Of a stretch of DNA of 64,000 nucleotides, positions 51,495-62,723 are shown piece by piece. The stretch spans positions 4,464,001-4,528,000 of the forward strand of contig NC_092674.1 in the NCBI RefSeq assembly GCF_964355755.1, given 5' to 3'. The DNA comes from Antedon mediterranea. Lineage: Eukaryota; Animalia; Echinodermata. Both the position numbers and the translations under genes were made by a program. Below the pieces are notes generated by a model that was given only the letters and a program-made list of their open reading frames with translations, did not search any database and was not told where the DNA came from. The number at the start of each line of letters is the position of its first letter. The stretch's first letter is position 1.

Positions 51495-53285
51495 GGAGAT
51501 CCAAGAAACATTTATTATATATGGCCTTTGGCCCAAATAATATACAATGTAGTACAATATTAAATAAATATCAGTTGAGTGCGTTTAAAAATTCTGTTCT
51601 ACGTTTAAATGAAAAAAATAAATATTTTCCAAGTTTAACAATAAGATCAGTATTTGTGGCAGACATAAGATAAATATATTTTAATTTAGTTGGGTTGTTT
51701 GTATAAAAGGAAAACATATATTTAGTTCTAATATCTGAATAAAATGGACAAACTAAAGTGAAATGATATTCATCTTCAATTGATTGTAAAGCACATAATT
51801 TGCATAATCTTTCATTTCTATTTATACAATTCCATCTTCCTTTTTCAATTTCTAATTCTAAAATTCCTAGTCGTATCTTAGTCATAATTTGTCTATGTTT
51901 GTAATTTGTTACTTTTGTTAGATATTCTTCAATCCCAAACTTATATTTAACGTGCTTGTAATATTGGAGCTTAGAGTGTAGCCTAGTATCTTCGTAGAAT
52001 TTCTGTCGTTCAATGTCTGTAAGCCTTTGTTTAAAATTTGAAATAAAAGTATATATATTATTAACCTGTTGTGAGTACCATATGTTACCAAATCCATTTA
52101 TGCATAGTATTTGTTTTACGTCATTGGCCCAACATTGCTCATTTCTTTGAGCTTTTCTATATTGAAAATCATAACATTGTTTAATAAATTTGTCATTATC
52201 CATTTGGATTACTCTAAGCCAATAACGAATTATATTAATGATAATTTGAATTTGGATAGTGAATCTTCCACATTCTCCTCTCACTGCAACACTTGGTGCA
52301 GAATTACCTATTCCTAGAATGTATTTACAGAATCTTAGATGAACTTTCTCTAATACTGATATATCATTTAAACCCCATATTTCGCTACCATAAAGTAAGA
52401 TTGGCATAATCTTAACATCAAATATATGGTTCCATATATTAACTTGGAGGTTACCAAAACGTCTATGGGTCAATCCTTTTAATGTGAACAAAGCCTTATT
52501 AGCTTGTTGACAATTGTATTCTTTGGCTTTATTCCAATTACCATTTGAGTTGAAAACAACTCCTAAATATTTAAAGGATTTGACAATGTCAACTGTATTT
52601 CCATTGTAATTCCATTTTTCAAATTTGTTAAGATTACCACCATTCTTAAACACCATAATATTACTCTTGTTAACATTGACAGTTACTTCCCATCTTGTAC
52701 AATAGGTAGATAACTTAAATAATAATAATAATAATAATATTGTAGACCATAAACGGTATCACCAAATAACATAAGGTCATCTGCATAGAGTAAATGATTA
52801 ATTTTTAGATTTCCTATTTGGATTCTATGCTCGTCGCCTTCCTCATTTAATGTTTCACTCAAATCATTAATAAAAACATTAAATAAAAAGGACGAGAGTG
52901 GCGAACCCTGTTGTATACCTATTAGACATTTGAAAGAATTACTAATATTGCCGTCGACCTTAACATGTGCTGATAACTTATTGTACATTGAATTAATAAC
53001 GTTTAACATTTTTCCTTTTACTCCTGAATTTTTTAGTTTTATGTGAAGATATTGATGTCCTACGGAGTCGATCAAAGGCTCGTTTAAAATCAATGAAAGC
53101 AACATATACTTTCCCACGTTTTTTTCCTAGGTATTTATTAATGATTGTGTTAAGAATAAATACATTATCCGATGTTCTGAACCCCTTTCTAAAACCGGCT
53201 TGTTCCTGATGTAGAATGTTATTATCTTCTGCCCAAAATTGTAATCTTTTATTGATAATATGTAAGAAAATTTTAGCAAAAACCC
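51495..53285 (-). mobile_element. 5'-truncated, frameshifted non-LTR retrotransposon (RTEX-like)
   Basis: RT pieces QAGFRKG...FIDFKRAFD, GIQQGSPLSSFLFNVFINDL, LLYADD, FKYLGV, and C-terminal zinc knuckle LCKLC...EDEYHF..VCPFY. Broken by a 4-bp insertion near 53070 and a (TAA)n run at 52719-52741. 3' UTR carries a GGCC hairpin and AATAAA. Confidence 0.9.
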
Positions 53286-53819
53286 CGCATCCATTGGTAG
53301 CACGTTTGGCCAATTTTTTAGCAATATTTCTTGGCCTTGTATTATAGTCTAATTTGTATGTTTATCCAGTTTTTATGCAGCATAATATGTAAAGCAAAAT
53401 GTTGTTGTTTTGATTTTGTTGGCATGTCCTTTCCTTGTTTTCGTTCGGTCTCACTCAATTGAGGGCGCCAACCTTATCTGATTTGAATGAGATAATTATT
53501 TTTCACGAGCGGAATCGGTTCAACCCCTGTTTGCTTTATCGGTTAATTATTATCGGTTAATTTGTGGCTGCGGAAACACGGCCATAATGATCGAATCGCT
53601 GGATCTGCACATGACTGTCGAGGAGGAAAAAGGGGCGGAAGCACGTCGAACTTCTCCGCATGCGCACATCACTTGGAATTTTCGTCGTCACTCGATCGTC
53701 GCAAATTCAAATAGCTGCCTACATCTCTAGAGTATCAGAAGATTTTTTAGAGTATTTTCCTTCATTCTTTTATTGATCCATCGTCATGAAACACCAATCA
53801 ATTTTCTACTTTTTTTTAC

Positions 53820-54025
53820 TTTACCAGAGCAATTTCTTGGTCTGACAATAATACTAGAAGGTGGTCCAGAATTGAGACCCTGGTCCGGATTTCCTCCAAA
53901 ATATATATATCTACATTTTCATTTTGGTTAAGGTCTTGCAATAACTTTTTGAGTAATCCTGCTAACAAACAGATAAACAGACACACGCGATCGATTACAA
54001 TTATACCTTCTCGGCGGAGTAAATA
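53820..54025 (-). mobile_element. Helentron-associated (HINE-like) element in the duplicated promoter
   Basis: Minus strand begins TTATTTACTCCGCCGAGAAGG, then a GTCTGTTT microsatellite and TTAGCAGGATTAC. Absent from the paralogous promoter at 55430-55900. Confidence 0.5.
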
Positions 54026-54195
54026 ACAGCTCAACTGACTCGCAAGGACAATAATCCTTATAGGCGTAATGTATTTGAACACATGTTTGTGAAATGACCT
54101 TTAATCATGACGAAACAGCTGATCAGAGTGGAGAGACTGCTCTGGAGCTGTCAGTGCTTTATTAATGTTTATTGTCGGTCAGACCATGACAGAAC

Positions 54196-55391
54196 ATGGG
54201 TGCCTCTGAAGCGATCAGGCAAAGATGGTGGTGGGTGGTGACGGCCACGACTGTCTTAATAATGTATGGTGTATTCGGATCATTATACTCTTATGGATTG
54301 TTTTTTGGAGAACTTCAAACGGAATTCAACTCAACTACACTAGTCACTGGTAATGTATTTAATGTAGGTCATGGAGTACAGTAGTAGGTCATGGAGTAAC
54401 CAAAGATTAAGAAGGGGTCCCTTATCCGCTTCTTGTTTTTGCAGCTCATCACTCCTTGATCATATTTAATATGGATCAAATTAATTTTTTTTTTTAATTT
54501 GAATTACTTTGGGTCATATTCATTGACCGAGCGGTGAAGGCAGGGATACTAAACTAAGTTTATGTTTATCACACTCACCTACCTCAATGTACGTAAATAT
54601 ATGTCTATACAGTATACATGTTTACTCAGGAAAGAGTGTACAGTACTTTTATTCTTCCCTGGTTTACTATTGGTTGATACCCAGAGACGTGGTGGATCAA
54701 TATAACTATAGGCTGCCTGTATATTACGTCTCGCTCTATCCACGCTACTAGAGAGGGTTTTAGTATAAATAAATGAAAAGCGTGTGTTCAGACACACTAA
54801 AGTTCTGAGCGCCAAACAAAATGTGCCCTATTACGGGGCGCCGTTTGGAACATTTTAAAACATATTAGGCTTACATATCCCGTATGATATAAACCGCCTT
54901 TATCCGTATGGAACGCCTTCACCGTCACAAGTAAAAGTACAATAACTCTCTTTTTACTTGTGGTTGATGATTTTTGTTTTGCTGTGTTTAGGTTGGGCGC
55001 AGTCAATCGCTATGTGTTGTTAAGTTTTTCGATCCCAGCACAAATGGTGTGTGGCGCAGTGTGTTGGACGTTGGACTACCGATCGTCAGACCTAGGTTCG
55101 AATCCAACTCTCGCCGCATTGCTTGTATCCGTAGGCAAGATACTTTACTTACATTGCCTCTCTCCACCCAGGTGTATAAATGGGTACCCAGTTAGATCTA
55201 GACACAACTCTGCGCTGGTTACCGGCTGCATTATGGGAGTATGTTTCCATACGTGTTTGATCCCAAAAAATACTGGGGTAATAATGCTTGTAAAGCGCCT
55301 TTGAGCATTACTCATGAAAAGGGCGCTATATAAATGTGGTATTATTATTATTAAATGATTGTGCCTCGATTCGGAATTGTTAACGCATTGC
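54196..55391 (+). pseudogene. Partial 5' duplicate of SLC16-like paralog B (intact exon 1, disrupted exon 2)
   Basis: Exon 1 at 54196-54349 is open with a GT donor. The exon 2 remnant from 54992 has an in-frame TAA (55021-55023), a SINE insertion and truncation at about 55391. No exons 3-6. Confidence 0.8.
55047..55352 (+). mobile_element. Young tRNA(Arg)-like SINE inserted in pseudo-exon 2
   Basis: Near-identical to 34815-35128. TSD AAATG (55042-55046 and 55353-55357), confirmed by the empty site in gene B exon 2 (CAAATGATTGT). Confidence 0.92.
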
Positions 55392-55429
55392 TTGTTTGTG
55401 TACAGAATATTTAAGTATATTGTTAAAAT

Positions 55430-55885
55430 TAGTTTGCATGTCCTTTCCTTGCTTCCGTTCGGTCTCACTTTATTGGAGGTGTGCCAACGGAAGAATCGAT
55501 TCAAATATTGGAAATACAAATATTATTAATAGGAAGCTTAATAGGAAGACGACCAAAGACCTACGCATGCGTTGTCGGTCGTAGTCTTAAAATAACAAAC
55601 AAACAAAAATGTGAAGAAAAAAAAAAGGCGAGGAAGCACGACATCCAAACTTGTCCACATGAAAATGTAATTGTTTTTTCCTAATGATTCCATAACACGT
55701 TTTCTAGACAGGCCTGTGATTGTTTCACTTTATTAAACTTTCGATATCTATGTAATATGAATAGTTACCTATGGGTCATCATTCGTGAAACAAAGGACAA
55801 TACATCGTTATAGTAAACACAATTTTTCAGAAAACGTTGTTTGTCTACGATTGCACAATGACCTTCACTCATGACGAAACAGTAC
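55430..55885 (+). promoter_or_regulatory. Upstream blocks conserved between the duplicated SLC16-like promoters
   Basis: GCATGTCCTTTCCTTG..TTCGGTCTCACT, GGAAGCACG and ATGACCTT..TCATGACGAAACAG occur here and at 53420-53460, 53637-53645 and 54095-54118, while the intervening DNA has diverged. Confidence 0.45.
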
Positions 55886-55955
55886 CTTATCTCAGACAAG
55901 CTACTTCAACAGCTTGCATGAATGTACTTTATGTTGCAAGAACTTTAGAGCTACA

Positions 55956-58900
55956 ATGGGTGTTTACGAGGCGGTCAGGCGGAGATGGTGGTGGGTGATG
56001 ACATCCATGAGTGTCTTCATATCTTATGCTATCTTCGGATCATTATTCTCGTATGGATTGGTTTTTGGAGAGCTTCAAAAGGAATTCAACTCAACTACAC
56101 TGGTCACTGGTAATGTATGATAGTATAAGAAAGAGCATCAAGGGTACTTTGTTTTGTTTTTCTCTCTTAATTCCATCGCTTTGGTTCAAAACAGATAGTA
56201 AACCTAAATACAGTAGGCCTATACTAGGTTTTAGTAGAAGTATTTAATAATATAATGTTAAACTCTGGTAAACTAATTTAATTTATTTCATAACAGTGTG
56301 TATATAATTAGTTTCCGATATGGAAAGGGATAGTAGGCCTAGTAGTAGTAGTTCTAGTGAGTTTTCACTCTTGAAAATAAGCACAACCAACTTAAAACAG
56401 TCCCGTTAGCTTTTAAATATGCCTATTATCACCGTTATTCTGCAGGCTAGGAATTGTTGAAGGCCAATGTTGTATTGATTGAAGTAAGCTTATATTAATA
56501 ATGCATATAGGTAATCACTACTGAAATCACACAAGAAGATAAAGACACAGTAACTAGTAGTATTATCACCCAAAGTTATCTGCGGTGAAAACAATACGCC
56601 CAGTAGTGGTGGATCAATAATAATCAGTTTGTATAAAGTCTAATTACCTCGACGCTGAAGAGATTGAGGTGCTGGTTAAAGGTTTTTAACGAATATTTAG
56701 AAATACAGTGTGGTAACTTTATGTATAAAATGTCATTGAGTCAAGTTTATTTCGTCATTGCTTCCGATGTATGATACGGCATTGCCTGTATGTAGGCTAA
56801 TTGATCGAATTTGTTAGAATCCTCAATCAAGGTCTAGTTTAAATGTAATGTCAACTTTAGCCAATTTTAGTCATAGTTCAACATATATTATTTGTCCCTT
56901 CCCTTTTTGTCCCTCCCTATACATGCCTATTATAGCCTATACGGTTATTGTAGGCCCTATTGTTTTACAGCGATTAAGCCTAGATAGATAATAAAATAAC
57001 TTAAATGTGTTATAAATTATTTAGTTTTAAATTGCTAGTATAAATATAAGCATACTAACTACATTTGACAAACTCGGAATTTGAAAACAAAAGTTTTCCA
57101 GTGTAGACTAAAAAACCAAATCAATCGTTTAATTATCAATCCATAAATCAGTTTAATCTATGAAGTAAGAGGTACCGTATAATAATGATTTTTGTTTACT
57201 GTTTTTAGGTTGGGCGCAGTCAATCGCCATGTGTTGTTCGCAAGTTTTTTCGATCCCAGCACAAATGATTGTACCTCGATTCGGAATTTTTAACGTCATT
57301 GCATCTGCTACATTTTTATGCTCTTTGGCTTTATTGCTCACTTCGTTTGTGCCATCAATAGCTTTCCTCTACGTCACGTATGGTTTTTGTTTTGGTATTG
57401 CCTCAGCTATTGCGACAAAACCTATGGTGAAACTAATTTTAGAGTGGGTACCTGTTCAGTATCGGATGAGAGCTACGACCATTGCGACTACTGGTGGAAC
57501 AATAGGTGACTTACAAACATGTGCGATGTGAATTGTCGCATTGAATTTAGGGATAGTATCCTAGGCCTACACATAGAGTCATAATTAGTACATTGCCTAC
57601 CACAGTGGGCATACTGTATATCCCCTCCACCCTTTCCCCACCCTCAATTTATAGACCTGTCTAATAATTTATCATCTTCACGGGAAATGTTACGATTGCG
57701 AGTACTAGTGTTCCTTACGTTCATGCCTAGACTTTTTATTTCTTCAGCTATTGTATTTACGGTAGTAGGCATAGTACGCTAGGCCTACTATTCTACCTAA
57801 AAAGAACCTCCACCCGTTCCCCACCTTTAAAATATAGACCTTTCATATAAGTTATCATCTTCACGGGAAATGTTACGATTGCGAGTACCATTGTGTGTTC
57901 CTAACACACGTTCATGCCTTTCTATTTCTTCAGCTATTGTATTTACAGTAGTAGGCATAGTACGCTAGGCCTACTACTCTACCTAAAAAGAACCTCCACC
58001 CGTTCCCCACCTTTAAAATATAGACCTTTCATATAAGTTATCATCTTCACGGGAAATGTTACGATTGCGAGTACCATTGTGTGTTCCTAGCACACGTTCA
58101 TGCCTTTCTATTTCTTCAGCTATTGTATTTACAGTAGTAGGCATAGTACGCTAGGCCTACTACTCTACCTAAAAAGAACCTCCACCCGTTCCCCACCTTT
58201 AAAATATAAACCTTTCATATAAGTTATCATCTTCACGGGAAATGTTACGATTGCGAGTACCATTGTGTGTTCCTAACACACGTTCATGCCTTTCTATTTC
58301 TTCAGCTATTATATTTGCAGTAGTATGCCTACTACTCTACTTACTATACAGAACCTCCACCCTTTCCCACCTTTAAAATATTCATTCATTTATCATCTTC
58401 ACGGGAAATGTTACGATCTTGAGTACTACAATTATGTGTTTCTAACATACGTTTTGCCGTCCTCTTTCTTCAGGTGTTTTAACATTAAGTCCTGTCTTAG
58501 GATTAATCATCGTACAAGTAGGATGGCGGTGGACTTACAGAATATGTTCAGCTTTAATATTCGTATTCTGGCTGATAGCTATACCTTTAATAAAACTAAC
58601 ACCAGAAACAAACCCTATAAACACCCAAACTCAACAGCAAATGAGTATGTCTCAAAAGGAAGAACAGGAAACTAAGCAAGTTTCTCAACGTGATGTGCTT
58701 CGCTTTCCAGAGATGTGGATGTTAGCAGTGACCGTTGCTATCATAAGCTGTGCTTTTGGATTTACAGCGATAAACTTGGTATGATTATGATTTTATAGCT
58801 ACCGTAAATCTCTGTTTTTGTTGTCAGAATAGTGTAATCAAATAACTTGCCCAAAAGGGTGTATCACATTAACAGCAGTAGTCCACTTTTTTAGTGTAGA

Positions 58901-60648
58901 CAGTAGCTGTCTACACTATCAAACTAGTTTGACAAAAAAAAGTGTTATTTGCCGAAATATGGTGGTGATATGCCCAAATACGGTAGTGATTTGACCTTAT
59001 CATGTCCATATATGGGCACATCACGTTTTTTTGTCACATAAAGTTTGTGTAGACGTAACGGAGCATTACACATTTTCCGAAACTAAAATATGAAAACTAA
59101 ATATCAAAACCAAAACCTCTATGCAATATCTTATTCACTTGTTAACAAATAAACTTGTTTTCTGTAAAGGTTGACTTCGTAACCAAAACCGGATTTAGTC
59201 TAGAACAAGGAGCATTAGCATTGAGTCTAAATGGAGGAGCAGAATTGTTTTCCAAACTTTTATTATCAATTTTTATGGATAAAATACGTTTTCCAAAGAT
59301 GTTGTTATGGCCATTCGGCGCCATCGCAGGCGCATTAACATGTTTTTTCATGACAGTCGCTACAACATTTGACACAATCCTGATATTATCAATAGGTTTG
59401 TTTGTTTTATTTTATGTCATCAGTATCCAAGCGAATTTCACAACTTTTGTACGCGCTCGTCAAGGATAAATGCTATATGCATTAGGATAGTGTGTACACG
59501 CCAGGAGATAATTAAATCATGACATAAAAGACCATTAAACGAAGTAGGCCTTGCTAGAATTACTCAATATCTACAATTGGAGGTTAAGTTCACGATGTGT
59601 TAAATTGTACTCGGGCATAATTATTTCTAGAGAAAATAAACTGCGGCGGAGAATCTGTAGTTGTTTTCACATTAACCTATAACCGTTAACCTATAACCTT
59701 TCTTAAACTATACGCTATACTGCATGCCTGCAGATCATGAATTTATAATGATATATATTTAACTTTTTTTTTATTACTCAAGCTCTTGGTTTAGTAAGAG
59801 GTATTTTTAATGGTAGCTCATACGGAGTTGCAGCAGAGTTGTTTGGACATCAGTACTCCGCCAGTACTGCTAGCATAGTAGCCCCACCGGCTGGCATCGG
59901 GTATTTGATGGTTGCATTAGTTAGTGGTAAGAAAACCATTTATTTTTATGGATCAAACCTTTTCGACCACTTTGTATAGGAAAATGGAAAAATTTCGACC
60001 TTTTTATTTTTCGACAAAACGGGTTATTATGGCATGTAAAACATGATACAAAGCAACATATGCACATATATAGTCATATTATCGCATAATAATTGAATTT
60101 TAAAAAGTCGATATTTTGGGCAATTTAGGGATTTTTTTTCTCCAAAAAATGGCACAATATCGACTTATTTTCGTCAAAACTGGTTATTATGGCTCTATAC
60201 GTCGATACAGAGCAATATATAGCCATATTATCGCATAATAATTGAATTTTTGAAAGTCGAAAAGATTGCCAAAAATTGTGATGTGCCCAATATGATAGTG
60301 ATATGCTCAAATATGGAAGTGATATGACATCATAATGTCCATATGTCCACATACAGTTTGATAGTGCAGACAGACTAGCTGTAGACCTACAGTATAGGCT
60401 GACGAATTGTATCTTTAATTTCAGGGTTTAGTTATGACTTGACTGGTTCGTATAACAACTCGTTGTACGCTTGTTCCGCAATGTGTTTGATCGTGGCTGC
60501 ACTCGCTCTATGCACCCTAGTATACCAGAAAACACACGCAGTAGAAAGATACCAAAGTATGAGGCGCACTTCACTGGCCGTCACTAAGATTCAACGTGGA
60601 GGAAGTTACACATACACTGCTGTACAAAAGAATTCTTCTGTAGTTTGA
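55956..60648 (+). CDS. SLC16/monocarboxylate-transporter-like MFS protein, paralog B (about 449 aa)
   Basis: Exons 55956-56109, 57209-57505, 58474-58778, 59170-59395, 59783-59926, 60425-60648 (1350 nt). Intron phases match paralog A, and exons 2, 4 and 5 have identical lengths (297/226/144). Confidence 0.87.
57624..58473. repeat. 186-bp tandem repeat, about 4.5 copies, intron 2 of paralog B
   Basis: ATCATCTTCACGGGAAATGTTACGAT at 57671, 57854, 58040, 58226 and 58392. Confidence 0.95.
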
Positions 60649-60711
60649 AAGAATCTGCTGTTCACTGAACTTTTAAATATCACAGAATGGTGGCCATAGT
60701 TTTTGTATACA

Positions 60712-61127
60712 ATTCCCAAAACAGAGGCAAACAATAGATTGTCTACTCTTTGTAAAGGTGGCGATATTGAAGATGAGAACCATTTCATGCTATATTGAAC
60801 CATTTATGATGAAATTAGAACGGCATTATTCTCGGATCTAGATTTTAATCTAAACTTTAAAAATATGTCACAAAATGATAAGTTTATATTTATTATGGGT
60901 GCAAATGATCCAGATATCATCAAGCCCATTATGAAGCATGTATGTTCGGCATTTGAAAGGCGCTCGACCATTTAAGCTTCCACCTGATACTGAGCGACCT
61001 TTATGCAACATACATGCTCATTGAATGCTTTTATTATTGCTTTTTCTTTTATATCTTTGTTTATTTTTGTAAATGTTGTTGTTAACCATACCTTGATGTT
61101 AAGGTGAATGTTAATAAATTTTGAATT
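60712..61127 (+). mobile_element. 3' stub of an RTEX-like LINE just after the paralog B stop codon
   Basis: Decayed zinc knuckle NRLSTLCKGGDIEDENHFMLY*TIYDEIR, AATAAA at 61113, candidate TSD TATACA (60706-60711 and 61128-61133). Confidence 0.7.
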
Positions 61128-61973
61128 TATACAGCGTTACTGTACAAAACTGTTTTGGGAATTTCCTATTGGTAGATAAACTTTTTGGCACACATGGCAT
61201 GTCATACATACTTGAGGAATACTCAACAACCCTAGCTGGAGTTTCAGGCAAGTCTAGTACAAGTAATTGTATACAATTGTGAAGTTTATATAGCTTACAC
61301 GACGTCTAAAATAGGTTCATATTGTCACTCCACATCGTTTTTTGGAACGCAATACATTTCGCACAAGTTCGGAGAAACTGTTTTATAAAATCCTTCATTC
61401 CGTACACTAAACTTGTGCGTTATGTTGTATGATTATTTAAGTCATAAGCAATACAGTGTATTTAATCCGATATTTATTAGCAAATGTATCAAAATTAAAA
61501 ATATTACAGCAGTAACAATGTAAACGGTTTCAACAAGTTACCTATTGTTTAAAAAAAAATTCAAACTAAAGCATTTTGTAAATACCACACCACACATAAT
61601 TGTACACTGTATTTCGCTTTGAAACCAGACAACTGCGGGAGCTGTGGTTTCTATGCAGATTACAGTCAGTTGATAAACTAATATAATACGTACACAACAT
61701 ATTACCTATCTTTACTTAGTACTCGTACATAATTCATTCAATATTTTTGAACACGAAAAAGAGTGTACCTTATAGTACGACAGGAAAATGCATTATTATA
61801 TATACAAACTTGACACATTAGGCGGCATATTTAAAATCACAGTTATGCTAAACGATTACACAAAATGACACCATAGGCCTACAGAATAAACAATTGCGGC
61901 AGCACGTTAGCTGAACGTACAATTATTTAAATAATAACACCAAAAAACACCACAACAGTTAAATCGACCAGAT

Positions 61974-62660
61974 TTAAGGGAAGAATTCGCCAAATTCGCT
62001 TTGCCCGCTCGATTCATAGTCTGTAGGAAAGCAGTGAGGCTGACTTCCGCTCCAGTCGCCGCATGAATGGCACACACGTACAGGGCTTCCAGACCCTGCG
62101 TTATAATTACTATTACAGAAGAAAGTGACATTGCTTCCGTAAGAGAAATCAGTACCAATTCTAACTCCGTCTCCTATAAGACCTGGATCAGAACAATCTT
62201 GTGAGAAACCTGAAGAAAAAGACATATTAATATAATTATATTACTGCAGCTAAAACTGATGTTATTAATTCTTTGACCATAAAGGCAAAATCACCTTCCT
62301 AAATAATTGTATAAAGATCCATTTTACACACTTCCGATGTAAACTCTTCCTTACTTAACTTCCTCTCGTTCACCATAAAAAATGGAAGTGATGACTCTAA
62401 GCTTACCTTGGAGAACAAACTTTATGTCTTGGCAGGCAGAACTATCCAGTACCTCTCTGATGTTATTTTCGGAGAAAATGCTTCTGCCGGCTAAAGTAGC
62501 TGAACACCTTGAGTACTCCCCAGTGCCAACGACAAATTCTTGGCTCCCAGAGCAAGGTGCAGTCAGAACGATGTTACCGCCCTGTTTAAAATTGAAACAC
62601 GTCTGACCATTCTCGTCCGTTTGTTTAGATTGTGTATACGCAAAATCCGTTCCCGAAAGA
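61974..62660 (-). CDS. Last two exons of a probably extracellular protein ending in a sushi/CCP domain
   Basis: Exons 62660-62407 and 62209-61974(TAA), GT-AG, phase-1 join. CSDPG..GDGVRIGTDFSYGSNVTFFC...G...RVC...GDWSGSQPHC is a canonical CCP module. The rest of the gene lies beyond the window. Confidence 0.8.
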
Positions 62661-62723
62661 CTGTAAATAAATGTTAAAATAAAAATATTATAATCGAATT
62701 CGACAGCTTCAATAGTATTAATG

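Noticed and set aside
52683-52745. Poly-Tyr segment inside the RT
   Set aside because: A (TAA)n microsatellite that shifts the frame; the original KLSTYCTRWEVTVN continues in another frame.
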